NCBI RefSeq assembly: GCF_038025025.1
Contig: NW_027117338.1
Span: forward strand, 930,001 to 994,000
Reading direction: 5' to 3'
Source: Phyllosticta citribraziliensis
Taxonomy: Eukaryota
Length of the DNA: 64,000 nucleotides
Of this stretch, positions 1-11,419 are shown one piece after another (positions within the stretch are counted from its first letter, which is position 1; the number at the start of each line of letters is the position of its first letter). Made by a program: the position numbers and the translations under genes. The notes under the pieces are model-generated. The model saw only the letters and a program-made list of their open reading frames with translations, had not been told where the DNA came from and searched no databases.

Positions 1-165
1 ACAAAGGGCATCACAGCGTAATTGTGGGGGAAGATTTTCATTTTTGATATTTTTTTCAACGCCTTGTCCAAGTGCTTACAACAGCTCCTCTCAACCCGTT
101 CTTTCAAAACCAGATCGATACTCGGTCTGCAAGATCCTGCAACTAACACATCCCGTCGCTTCTAG

Positions 166-339
166 GTCGTCAAATGCGGCAAATACGTCAACCTGCCCGT
201 CGGCACCATCACAGCTACAAGCTGCAAAGAGGACCGAGGCGGTGCTGCTCCACCCACTGGAAACCCGCCAAAGCCGCCACGGGTTGTTCAGCGTCCTCCC
301 GCTGGTGGTGGCTACGAAGGCGGGATGGGCTGGTGGTAG
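166..339 (+). CDS. Possible terminal exon of a gene starting upstream of the window
   Basis: Branch point CTAAC and acceptor TTCTAG (163-165), then an open frame VVKCGKYVNLPVGTITATSCKEDRGG...GGMGWW* ending at TAG 337-339. No family recognised. Confidence 0.3.
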   Translation, partial: VVKCGKYVNLPVGTITATSCKEDRGGAAPPTGNPPKPPRVVQRPPAGGGYEGGMGWW

Positions 340-2546
340 ATTGGTTGGATCATTGTGCAGGCGGTTTCCTGTTTGGCGGCACTTGGCCATGATGACGGCG
401 CCTGCGGCGCTACATGATTGATTCGAGTTGGTTTTCCTCGAGCATGACTTCATCTTTCGATGTACATTGTTTCTGGTCCAAAAGCTGGTCTTGCGCAATC
501 CAATTGTTGCGATCACCCTAGCCTTTATGCCTCTACTCAGCAGTTTGATAGGTCAAACATCGAATACCGGTCACTGCATTTCTCCGTCAATACATCCAAC
601 CTGTCAAATTTCAGGACTAAGGCCAGAAATAACAAAAAGACAAGCAAGAATAAAAAGGAAAGATACACAGTCAGATGAGTGCTCGACCACGACCATCACC
701 TGCATCTACAAGAACCCGACAGAAGCGAACCAATGACAGATCCAGGGCACGCAAACCAAGCCAACCTGCCTGCCAGGCAAGCGAACCGAGCGAGCGAGCC
801 AGGACCCAGTCATCTAGCGTGCATGCATCCATCCATGCGGACATGCATCTACCCCAGCGATCGGAAGAAACCCTGCACGCCCCCCGCCCGCCGTTGCGGC
901 AGCCATCCAGCATCGAACCAGCCAGGGCACCACCACTGACCCGACGCATCCTTGTCCTTCCATCACCAGCGCGCGAGAGAGCGTTGTCAGTCGCCAGTCG
1001 TCAAGTCCCGGACCGCTCGGCCCACTCTGCTTTCACGGGGAAGCCGGTGGTTGCTGCGTTCTCGCCTCCCTTTCCCGTTGGCATGTTCATGTGCTATGGT
1101 GATGAGACGAGGTGATGGTCGTCATTTGATGATCACTTGACTTGGTTGTGTTTGCGACTGGTGCTAAACGCAGACCATCCACATCGGTCGTGAGTTTGCG
1201 ACATGTACCTAGCAATACAAGAGGACTTCTCCGCCGCCACCGCCGTTGTCAATGTTTTCGGGCGGGCGCCAAACCAGTCATCGCGACCACGCATCCATGT
1301 CTGCGTGGGACGAGGCGAGGTGAGACAGGACGGGGATGGAAGGGGAGATTGAGATGAGGCGAGCGAGCTCGCTCCAGCCTGTCGAACACCACCACCATCA
1401 CCACCGCCACAACCACTTCTCATCTCTTCCATGGACCAAACGGAACAAACACAAACACAAAAACGTTTGCCCCCCCCCTCTGTTTTCTCTCCGCATCCCA
1501 GCACAATCGACCTGCTTCTCCACGCAACATGCGAAGATATCTGACCCCTGTCCTTGTTCTTCGTCCTACTCCTCCCCTGAAATTCGCCGCCGCTGCCGCC
1601 AATCAGATTGACGCGTCGACCGTCCCCCACCCCTCGTTTCGCGTTCAGTGGAATTTTCAAATGAAAGGAGCAGGCAGCGTTGAGGGGAAAGGCGACGAAG
1701 CAAGCCAGCCAACTGACCAAACAATAAGTCAATCCCAGAAGAAACTTCATGGTTCTCTCGCGCAGCGTCTCTGCGGTGAACGTTGTAGCGCGCTGTCGCT
1801 TAGCAACGGCGAACACGTGCAGATGTGCCTGAGGTACCGGCTTGGTCTAGTGAGTAGGAGGGCAGACAGGCGATAGCAATGACATGGCGCAGTACAGCGC
1901 AGCATCGTTTGGCCGGTTACTGCAAAGTGGCGGGGAAGAAGTGCATGTACGCGTACAGCCATCGGCAGCAGCATGATGCACAGGTGCTTGTACAGCGCGA
2001 GGGTAGTCACTGGACGACATCCGCGTTCTCCAAGCCGCCACTGAGAAAAACAAAAGAACAAGTGAGAAAACCCAATTCGACTCGACTCATCCACCAAACC
2101 CCGCGCACGCTTCCCCCTCTCCCGCCCCCTGCGTGCCCACCTCTCCAGCAAGTCAGTAGTCACTCAGTCGAAAGTGGGCGTGAGGATGGACACCCAAACA
2201 CGTATTCAGATTGAAGATGGGATGCACAAGATGCGGAAAAGGCAGATGACGAACGGGAATGATGACGCCCACGACGACGCCCGAATACGACTCGCTCACA
2301 CTTTTACCTACCTGCCCCATCTCGCGTGTGTGTGGGCGTGTTAGACGCAGACGGTGATAGCCGCTCGGCAGCAAGATCTTCTCTCGTTTTCTCTCTCAAT
2401 TGCTTCACGGTTTTCTCAATCTACCTAATACCTGACGTCAACGACATCCGCAGCTGTCAAGACAATAGCCAGTGCGCTGCAACAGTAACCACCACTAGTC
2501 GCGTGCAGTGTATGCGCAGCAAGCACAATAAAACCAAGTGGTCCAA

Positions 2547-2615
2547 CGCCCAGCCCAGCCCAGCCCATCCCAGCCCAGCTTGATCCAGTCGAGTCGAGTC
2601 GAGTCGAGTCGAGTC
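2547..2615. repeat. Adjacent pentanucleotide microsatellites (CCCAG)n and (GAGTC)5
   Basis: Visible directly: cccagcccagcccagcccatcccagcccagc, then gagtc x5 at 2591-2615. Confidence 0.9.
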
Positions 2616-3364
2616 GCATAACGCATCGAAAATTAGCAGCCATGATCGCTGTCGACGGGCCATGATCGACGCTCTGCTGCCACACTGCTCGTGTGCTCAG
2701 ACACACAACACGGACAGCTAACGAAGCGCAAGAACCAACCCCCCCCTCAAGCCACAACCATCCTCGGAGCCGTTGCCCAGAGCGCACCGGTCACTCTTGG
2801 CTAGCGACCAATTCACAGCTTCGAGGTCAATGGCAGTGTAATCTTCTGAAGTCGCTGGCTAGCGAAAGGCTAGGAAAATGCTGCGCCTGCTGCGCAATTC
2901 ATGCTGCGCTTTATGAAGGCACATGTTGACTAGATTGCATGCTGAGAGAAGAGGGGACGTGGCGCATTACTGCTCAACCAAAATACAAGGGGTAAGCACA
3001 CATCCCTGTTTCCCCGCAAAATCCGCTCGGCAAGCCGTTAGTATCCTGGATTATCGCGGCAAGGCTAACTAAACTGGTCTCAAGGTCATGACACAGCCGA
3101 CGATGCACGTAAGCACTTCATGGTGGACTCGAGATCTGAACGAACGCATTACACGAAAGCGTCAATCTCAGTAACTGTACACGAGATAGGAGAGCAGCGA
3201 TTAAGAGACTATATTGCCAGCGAAAAAGAAATGCCACAATGATTTTTGGAGAAGGACGCAAATTCCATGTTGGACCATGGGCCGCTGCTGAAAGCGACCC
3301 TCAATTGTGCCAGATGGTTCAGACCGAGGGCAAAATGTATTGACCTGCTTGAGGAGAACAACGC

Positions 3365-4508
3365 TTACGCGCCCTCGTCGTCGTCACCAACGCGGATGGT
3401 TCCCTCAGAGCCGAGGCCGTGCGACCAGTATCCGCCGAGTTCGACGTTGGTCTCGGGCAACTTGGCGTGGGTAAGGAGCAACCAGATACCGAAGACGGGC
3501 TTGGCCAACACATCAAGAATGGCGTAGGCAATGATTTCGGCGTCGACCGAAGCCTTGCGGGAACCGTCGGCAACACCCCAGACACTGACGAATGTTAGTA
3601 AAATGACAATTGGCAGGGGAAACAGAACTTACATCGGGTAGGCAGTCCAGAGGATAAGAGTGAAGGTAGCAATGGCACCGAAGAACTTGCTGACCTTGCT
3701 GCCCTTGGCCGTCGCGAAGCGGTTGCCGTGAACGGCAAGGTGCCAGACAAGAACGAGGTAGGCGATGCAGGCAATGGCGTACCAGCCCCACTTCTGGGGG
3801 GTTCCCTCAGCTCCAAAGGCAGCAAAGAGACCAGTCAGGATCATGATCAGGTCGGCACCAATGGCAATGATAGTGTGGCCTCCATCAATACCAGCAAGGA
3901 GGCAGAGGTCGAGTAACAGAAGAGGTGTGGTGAGACTCCAGTCAACGTAACGTGCCCAATAGACTTCGCGGTAGATGTCGCTGTACGTGTCGGGGACGTG
4001 GCTGTGAGACTGGCGGACCTGGACGTGGTGGTAGGCAACACCGTGGCCGGTGGCCATTCCGTAGTAGGAAATGGCAGCAATGACGGTGATGAAGGTAGTG
4101 ATGACGTGGTACAAACGACGCGACTATGACGAATTAGACGGATTGCAAGCCAACCAGATTGCCAAAGCATACCATCGGGACGGACCACGACAAGGCAGAG
4201 AAGATGACCGAGGCCACGACCATGATCACAAAGACCACCCACAGGGTCCGCTTTCCATCGTCAGAAGCGAGCTGGTACTCGGCCGGATCGGCTGGAATTG
4301 GTCAGATTCGAAAGTGTTGCAAATTCTCGACGAGGACATACGCTTGACGGTTGGGCCAGGGTCAAGTGGGACGGAGCCAGTGCTGAGGCGTTGTTAGTAG
4401 GTGCAACATGGCGGCGACAAGGGAAGACAGCTCTCGCCTCGTGGGAATGAGCAAGCTCGAAGTCTTGGACTTCTTGAGCATCTCTGCAACCTGTTCCGGG
4501 TGGATCAT
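3365..4508 (-). CDS. nop-1: Fungal microbial rhodopsin (opsin), Leptosphaeria rhodopsin/NOP-1 family, ~313 aa
   Basis: Exons 4508-4438, 4382-4342, 4291-4173, 4123-3633, 3584-3365. N-terminus MIHPEQVAEML; helix C RYVDWSLTTPLLLLDL; helix G LDVLAK with the retinal-binding Lys; C-terminus GTIRVGDDDEGA. Confidence 0.95.
4383..4437 (-). other. Probable GC-AG intron (opsin intron 1)
   Basis: AG|GCGAGA donor in the required phase 2; CTAAC branch and CAG acceptor; 55 nt. The only in-phase GT alternative (GTCCAA) is a poor donor. Confidence 0.6.
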
Positions 4509-4804
4509 TGTGACGGATTGGAGACGATTGGCGGATGGGTACAGGTGCGAGGAGCAGTGGAAAGGAGAGATGTCGAGCAAGAGGAGGCGGAGAATGGGAA
4601 TGTATTAGAGTAAGTAGAGGTCAGCTCCAGCCGCCCCGCTTGAGCTTGAACAAGCTCGACGTCATGATTCGGGCAAGGGCTAGGCGGAATTGGGGCTAGC
4701 GGGACGCTGGAGACGGCAGCAGCAGAGAGATGATGGGCGACAAGAATGCCATGGATGGCGCTAGCATCAAGGTCACACTCGCATCGTGTGAGTGTCTTTT
4801 CGAC

Positions 4805-5007
4805 TCCCAGTCCCAGTCCCAGTCCCCGTCCCAGTCCCAGCCGCCCGCTGCAGACACCCCGGTCGCTGTCGCGGTCCCAGTCAGCTGATTCCCCGCATGC
4901 CTTACCTTGCCCGCCGGACGACAAGGAACCACTTGGTTGTTTCCTCTTCGGGATGGCTTGGGCTTGGGCTCTCGCTCGCTTCCCGCTGCCGCTGCCGCTG
5001 CCGCTGC
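4805..5007. repeat. Hexamer microsatellites (CCCAGT)n and (GCCGCT)n upstream of the opsin
   Basis: Visible at ~4805-4840 and ~4983-5007. Confidence 0.85.
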
Positions 5008-6825
5008 CCCGCTCGCAACCTCCTCCTCTCGTCTCCACCTCCCGTCGCCCACCTGCACCGCACTTGAAACCTCCGCACCTTCCGGCTGCTGATGCGTTGC
5101 GATGCGAAGCCATGCTCTCTCTCGACCTTCGCCCGTTTTCCAACGCGACATTCCCGTCCCATCCTCTTGCGCCAATCAATCCATCCTCTCTCGTCCTGCC
5201 TGCCCGACCAGCCCTTCAATTCGGCTCTGTGCCGCCTGCTCCAAGTTCCTGGCCTTCCGCTGCATGGTGCCCGCTGAAAAGCTTGTCTCCCGACTGTTGA
5301 ATTCGATACATGACGCAGCCATTTGCTCATTCTGTGGCCATGTACAGGGGTCAATCGCATGAGGTCGACCTTCCCCAACGCCTCCTGCACCACCACACGC
5401 AGCCTGCCCGGACTTCCGACTTCACTGCCGTCACGCCCTCGTCGATTTTGCGGGCATTGTTGGATCGCCTTGGCGATGGATCTGATGTCAGAATGACCAC
5501 TCTGCGTCTCTCCGCCAACCTCGTGCATATACCCGTTGGTATCATCCCTGCCTTTCCTGTCCTTGATCACGATATATCCTCGTGTGCGGCCTTTTCTTCT
5601 TTTCTTCTGTGCCCTTTTGCACTGATCTTTCGTTTCGGGTTACGACGCAAGCCGATGTCGGCCCACCATACCTAGGTGTGTGAAGAGCCACAGCTGTTTT
5701 CCGCACCGAGACTGGACCAGCTGCTTCGTCCTCTCGCTCCTCATCGAAATCAACAGGTACTCGCATCTCCAAAAGAATGGCGGTGCCAAGTTCCTCCGCC
5801 AAGCCACGCCAGGTCATATGGAATCAGGCATCCTCTGCCGCTTCTGCCCAACCACCGGCAACCTAAAAATCTCGACCTCGCTCTCGTGCCTGGAAATTAT
5901 TGATGCCAAAAAATGGAAAAAATGTGCAACAATTCTTGAGACGAGCAATGTTAGAGAAGTCTCCTTAGAGCGGCTAAACGTGCCAATGTTGATCTAGACA
6001 CGGTAAGAGATTTCAATGCTTCTGCAGCCTTTTCGAGCTGTTTAATATGTCTTCACAAGACCGAAAAGAAAGAAAGAAAAAAAAACGAGTACGTGGAGAG
6101 AGACTCTGCATGCGCCACACGCCCGAAAGGAAGTCGGCTGTCAGAATACCTCACGCAGTAAGAAACCTACGAGGACGGGGCGTCTGGAAATCGAGCCTGG
6201 CCTAGCTGTCACGGATTGGTGGCGCCAAAGGACAACGCAGCAAAAAGATCAAAGAGCTTGGTGGTGTTCCATGACAAAGACGTGGCTGTCTGCGACCTCC
6301 CCTCATTCAGCTCCAACTTGAAGTCTCCTCCAGCGCGTTATCCTATTCTATGACCATTGAGCTGCAACGGACTCTGGAGTCATCAATTCCTCTTAGTTTT
6401 TTCGAGCTGGCTCTTTTTCCCCCCTAGTATTTGACCTCTTATAAACTTGGTTTCATGAGTGCCTTGGTTCACCATGCAGTCATGATGAAGTTCCCAAGTC
6501 TATGGTTGGTTCACGATTATTTCCTTTCAGTCGCCAATGTCTTTTGCTTGTCTCCTCAAAGAACCAAGTCTACAAATTTCCTCTCTTAATGGGTGCACAC
6601 TGCCCCCCAAGTACTTCGTCTTGGCTGGACCTTGAAAACTGTTCGCTTGCGCACGACACTCAGGTTTTTTCGAGCCAGCAGGTGTTGTGGTTTGCAGGTG
6701 CATTCAACCTCGCCCACACACGTCGACGACATCGCCGCACTCCACTTCACGACATCATCGACGACATAAGCGGCGACGTAAGCGCCAACATTGCCTGGCC
6801 ACGCCGCCAGCTACCAAAATCCATC

Positions 6826-8736
6826 ATGGCGAGCTCAACTTTGCTTCCCATGACACCCACACTGCCTGCGGACAGTGACGACTCCGACGACAAGTACAGC
6901 CTCACCAGCTTCGCAAGCATGGACGACTTTGCTCCGGAAGACATTGAGGCGGCTTCGCCTGACCGATCCATCTCGCCAACTTCCAGCTTGGAGCCCTGCG
7001 AATGCCACGGGGACGAATACTGCCGCGATGCAGTCATCGAAACCGTAGAGCTTGCTCTGGTTGTCCGCCCCAAGCTCATTGACATTCCTCCTCGCCGTCG
7101 CCCACCTCCACCGCCCGAGGACAACAGAGCCCACGATACGGACGCGTCTACTTGCAACAGCGATGTCACGCCCGCCATCACCGTCACCCAGAACCCATTG
7201 AGCGACGCTCGTGTCACCATTCCCTCCATTGACGACGAGCCTGTGAACAAGCGCGGCAGAAAGGATTCCGTCACCCTTACAGAAGCGCTTGCTTCGGAGC
7301 CTCCTGCCACCGTCACCGTCACCAGCCCTCCGGCCTCTGCGTTTCGTTCTCCCTCTCCACCCAAAGCTCGCGGCTTCAAGCGCTTGTTCAAAAGAAAGAA
7401 CAAGAATGGCAGCACATCGTCCGACCCGTCGACCCAGACTGAGCCCTTTCCGGAGATTTCACGCCCCATGACTCCGGACGAGCAGCAGTTCTCCGCGAGC
7501 TGCTCCAACAACTTGGAACCAAGTGCGGCCGTCGAGCAACGCGGTGTCCCCAAAGATATCCCCGCGTCCGACTTTGTCTTTGGAACTACTGCCAACCGTC
7601 GCTACGAACACCACGACTCCCCAGGTAGCCCTGCGATTCCTCGACACAACGAAGCGCGCAAGCGTGTCGCCGACCAGTACGTCGACGCTCATTACCGCAA
7701 CCTGAGCGCGACGACGACGACGCCCGCCACGGCGCCTACGCGCCGTTACAAGTATGCCGACACAATCGGCCTTGCTTCCAGGAGCGCTGCCGCCGCAGTT
7801 GCTCCTGGAGCCATGATGGCCACCGCTGCCGATCCAATCGCGACGCGGTCGCGTCTGCGACACAAGAAATCGCTCAAACAGCTCGTAAAGCGCTCTGGCT
7901 CGGACTCCATCCCCATCTCGTACCCCATTCCAGTCGAGCAGTCGTGGGAGCCGCTCTATCTCTACCGCCAGCATGAGACTGAAAAGGGAGATGGAATTCC
8001 ACAGCCATCGGGCCAACAGGGCCAACAGGGCCAACAGGAACCAGCCACTGCTGCCAACAACACGGCCGCGAAGGATACGGCCGCAAAGGACAATTACAGT
8101 CGCAACAACGGCATCTTCGCAACTCCCGTCCGCGCTGCCAGATCCGGCTCAGCGGCCACCATGTCTCCCGCGTCGTACCGCTCGCCGGCCGGCAGTCAAG
8201 CATCCTCGCCATGGCCCAGCCGCAAGAGCTCGCTGGCCCCGCCACCGACCGCCGCATCTCCCTCGCCGTCGAACAAGGGCGCTGCGGCCGGCGCCAGTCT
8301 GCTTAAGCATCAACAGCAGCGCTCCGGAGGCGCGTCGCCCTCGCGCTCGGCGCGCAAGAGCGACACGGCGAGCGAAAAGAGCGCGGGCAGTGCGTGGGAC
8401 ACATTCAGCGGCGTCGGAGTCGCAAAAGACGCAGAGGACGAGGAGGACGACAACAACAACAACCACAACGACTACAGCGACGTCGTCGACACCGAGGCCG
8501 ACGAGAAGAGAGAGCAAGAACGCGCTGCGAGGGCGGCGGCCGAAGGAGGCAAGATGGTGCTGCGCGCCTTTGGCCTGGGCGACTTGGACAAGGAGCTGGA
8601 AATCGGCCAGGTCAAGCAGGGCAAGCCCGAGGTCGTCGAGGTCGATGTTGCGAGGGCGGACGGCAGCGACGCGACGACGCTGGTGGAGAGCGACGAGATT
8701 TCGTCGTCGGATTACTCGTCTGATGACAAGGCGTAG
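6826..8736 (+). CDS. Hypothetical intrinsically disordered Ser/Pro/Ala-rich protein, 636 aa
   Basis: Long intronless ORF with coding-like codon use; ATG in a good context (CATCATGG) at 6826; basic patch KRLFKRKNK; acidic C-terminus. Confidence 0.75.
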   Translation: MASSTLLPMTPTLPADSDDSDDKYSLTSFASMDDFAPEDIEAASPDRSISPTSSLEPCECHGDEYCRDAVIETVELALVVRPKLIDIPPRRRPPPPPEDNRAHDTDASTCNSDVTPAITVTQNPLSDARVTIPSIDDEPVNKRGRKDSVTLTEALASEPPATVTVTSPPASAFRSPSPPKARGFKRLFKRKNKNGSTSSDPSTQTEPFPEISRPMTPDEQQFSASCSNNLEPSAAVEQRGVPKDIPASDFVFGTTANRRYEHHDSPGSPAIPRHNEARKRVADQYVDAHYRNLSATTTTPATAPTRRYKYADTIGLASRSAAAAVAPGAMMATAADPIATRSRLRHKKSLKQLVKRSGSDSIPISYPIPVEQSWEPLYLYRQHETEKGDGIPQPSGQQGQQGQQEPATAANNTAAKDTAAKDNYSRNNGIFATPVRAARSGSAATMSPASYRSPAGSQASSPWPSRKSSLAPPPTAASPSPSNKGAAAGASLLKHQQQRSGGASPSRSARKSDTASEKSAGSAWDTFSGVGVAKDAEDEEDDNNNNHNDYSDVVDTEADEKREQERAARAAAEGGKMVLRAFGLGDLDKELEIGQVKQGKPEVVEVDVARADGSDATTLVESDEISSSDYSSDDKA

Positions 8737-10746
8737 GTTGCCCGTACACGTCTACGACCGACTTTTGTGTGTTTGGATGGATGTATGGTGGACTGATCAG
8801 GGGAGGAGAAGACCGATCAGCTTGGCACTTGAACCTCGCCTCCCTCCTCCGACTGCCGCCATCGAAATCACCAACGACCTGGGACGATACTCGTGTGCAG
8901 CATCGGTCGCAGACGCTCGGACGGATGCGCTGTCAGGCGCTTGCTTACTTGTTTCCCTCAAGCTTTCTGTTTGTCCCGAACAAGAAAAAAGACATGGAAG
9001 GGTGGGCTTGGCTTGCACTGGGCGCGCTGGGCGCATCTTCGACGCCGACGCTTTCTGGATTGGCGTCTTTTTCTTGGCTTCGATCGGTTTGTTTCGTTTG
9101 GAGTTACTCATGGGAGTTATGAGGTGTCTGCGGCGCGGCGCTGGATGGGACTGGACTGGATTGGACACGACTGTTTGAGTTACGGATTGCTTCAGGGGTT
9201 CAATCATTGATGGATGGATGGACGGATGGACGACAACGACACAACCTGTACGACTAGATACCCTCCATGGACAGACAAAAGACAGAGAGATGAGATCGAC
9301 GACGAATAATGACGGATAGAATCTCACGTTCGCTTGCAGAGGCGGTCACCGGACGAATGTGTGCGTGTAGTGAGAAGGGGCTTCCGTCCCGCAGAAGACT
9401 TGAAAAGGGAGGAAGAGGGAAAAGTCTGACGAGCAATGTGGATCGCCGTGATGCACGGTAGACAGGTCTGCAACTGATGGACAGGGTGTGCCGAGCCCCA
9501 CGGCCGTCTGACTTGATGTACGCACCGTAGACGCGGCAGGTGGTAGTGAGAAGGAAGAGCGGTCGGCACCGTCGGTACTGTAGGTGGGCCAAAGCTGCAC
9601 GCCATAATCAATCATTTGCAGCCAGGCTGCCGTGTCGCTCGCCCTACTGCTGCGGCTGGTGCTGGCGGTGGCAGTTTTGGTGATTGCTTTTGCTGGCCGC
9701 CACGACAGCAGCCTCAAAAGTTACGTAAAGGACATGACCGGGACAATCCCACCTGGCTGTCCATCCCTTTCCGCCGTCCCATAACTACTCACGGCCGAGA
9801 CGTTGCATTGAGACTGGGAGCTTCGCGCGGACAGCACGGTATCCGCACGTAAGTTCGACGACGGAGGAGAGAGAGGCGGATACGCGGCAGTGGAATTTAG
9901 GCAAAGGGTCCGAGGAGGGCAATATTTTGAATCGTGAAGCTCTGAGTGGCTCGAGGCCAGCGCAGAGGGTGGGCAACGTCGAGAGCGTCTCCACTGATTG
10001 ATTGGCTCCCGGCTGCCAGATGGAGACGGTAGCCAAGGAGCGTTCAAAGTTGGCCTCAGCCGCACTACAGCAGCTACTGCACTGCCGCAGCGCAAAACGT
10101 TTTGCAGCGGCCAAGGACGGGTCAGTTGCAACGTCTCGGTCGGTCAAGCCGAAGAAGCAGAGAGGGAAGAAATGGGTACGGTGCTGGGCAATGTGCTTTT
10201 TTCTTCTTGACCTCGCCGGCGGCCGGGGCCGTCTTCAGCAGCGGCAAGGGCGGAGCCAATGGCGAGCATGCATGCACTTCAGCGGAGCAGGGATGGCGGG
10301 CGTGGAGGAGGTGAGGATGGGGCGGGTTGGGTTGAATTCGGAGCAAGCACGGCAGGCACCGTGGTGGATGGATGCAGGAATGGAGGCGTGGAAGCAGGTA
10401 CTGTGCGAGGTGTACAGTACGAAACGAAGCATAAGGTACATGGATGCATGGAAGCGAGATGGATGGAGAAGCGAAAGGTGAAGTGAGGCGTAGAGAGGCA
10501 CGGCTTAGTCATGGGTCGACGGGAGGGGACCAGGGAGCCGGAACAGGCAAGCGCGCCGCATTGGGAAACGACGACAACCGCAACACCTCGCCAAGAAGAG
10601 ACGGCTACAATCCACAATCCACAATCCACAGCACGCGGGCACTGAAGGAGGGAGCCGTGACGGACGTTTGCGGCGGGCGAGGAGAGGGTTGAGGTGGAAT
10701 TGGAGACGGTGAGGGCGACAGGACGCAGTGATGTACCGCGAATGCA

Positions 10747-10758
10747 CACCTTGATGTC
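10747..10758 (-). promoter_or_regulatory. Putative ZafA/Zap1 zinc-response element GACATCAAGGTG (copy 1)
   Basis: Reverse complement of the identical 12-mer at 11096-11107; contains the CAAGGT core; lies upstream of a ZIP transporter. Confidence 0.6.
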
Positions 10759-11095
10759 CGCCTACCGGACATGGCCAATTTCGGCTTACACGCTCCACGC
10801 TCCACGTCCGCGTCTCTCTGCGCTCACCCAGGGCAATTTCCAGCGGCAGGGCGGTCCGTGCCAGGTAGGTACCACCTCAGCTTCGCTCCCCACGGCGTCG
10901 CAGTCGTCGTCGCGTCGCATCGCATCGCAGCGCATCGCATCCCCGCGCGCCAACCTCAGCGGAGCCGGGCGCACACTGGACTGGCCCAACTTAAGCCTCC
11001 ATCTGGCTGACGTCCAACGACTTGGCCCGCCGTCTCTCGCCGTCAGGTCGGCTTCGTGTCGAGTGGAGCCTGCAGTTTCGGCTAGCGCCATGGCA

Positions 11096-11107
11096 GACAT
11101 CAAGGTG
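11096..11107 (+). promoter_or_regulatory. Putative ZafA/Zap1 zinc-response element GACATCAAGGTG (copy 2)
   Basis: CAAGGT core ~310 bp upstream of the ZIP ATG; TATA-like TTATATA at 11318-11324. Confidence 0.65.
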
Positions 11108-11419
11108 CTCAAGCAGATTCTGTCAGCCGCCAGGATTCCTCCACTCGACGTCCCCGTACGGTACATGCACCCTGTTGGCATGCCCATGCCCATCGACGAA
11201 TGCCCTCTCTTCTCCGCCGACGCCCACAATTCACCCAAAAAAAAATAATCCCATCCACCGTCACCTCCCATCTCCATGCCCCGCTAGCCTTATCGCCTTC
11301 CACATCCTCCCGCCCGCTTATATACCTACCCATCCTGCCCTGGCCGTCCCTCTCTGCAACCTGCCGCTTCCTCACCGCCTCCTACCCACCACTCCCGACC
11401 TCTGTACGCCTCTGTCACC

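Noticed and set aside
2547..2615. CRISPR-like or regulatory repeat array
   Set aside because: Simple microsatellites without spacers, in a eukaryotic context.
6502..6825. ORF extension upstream of ATG 6826
   Set aside because: T-rich and UTR-like; the ATG at 6826 has a better context.
1..9000. Carotenoid/retinal (carO-carX-carRA-carB) cluster around the opsin
   Set aside because: No such genes are adjacent within the window, and the opsin is LR/NOP-1 type.
7973..9178. 401-aa alternate-frame ORF and similar long overlapping or antisense ORFs (e.g. 50602-51648, 6747-7595)
   Set aside because: Shadow frames of GC-rich real genes.
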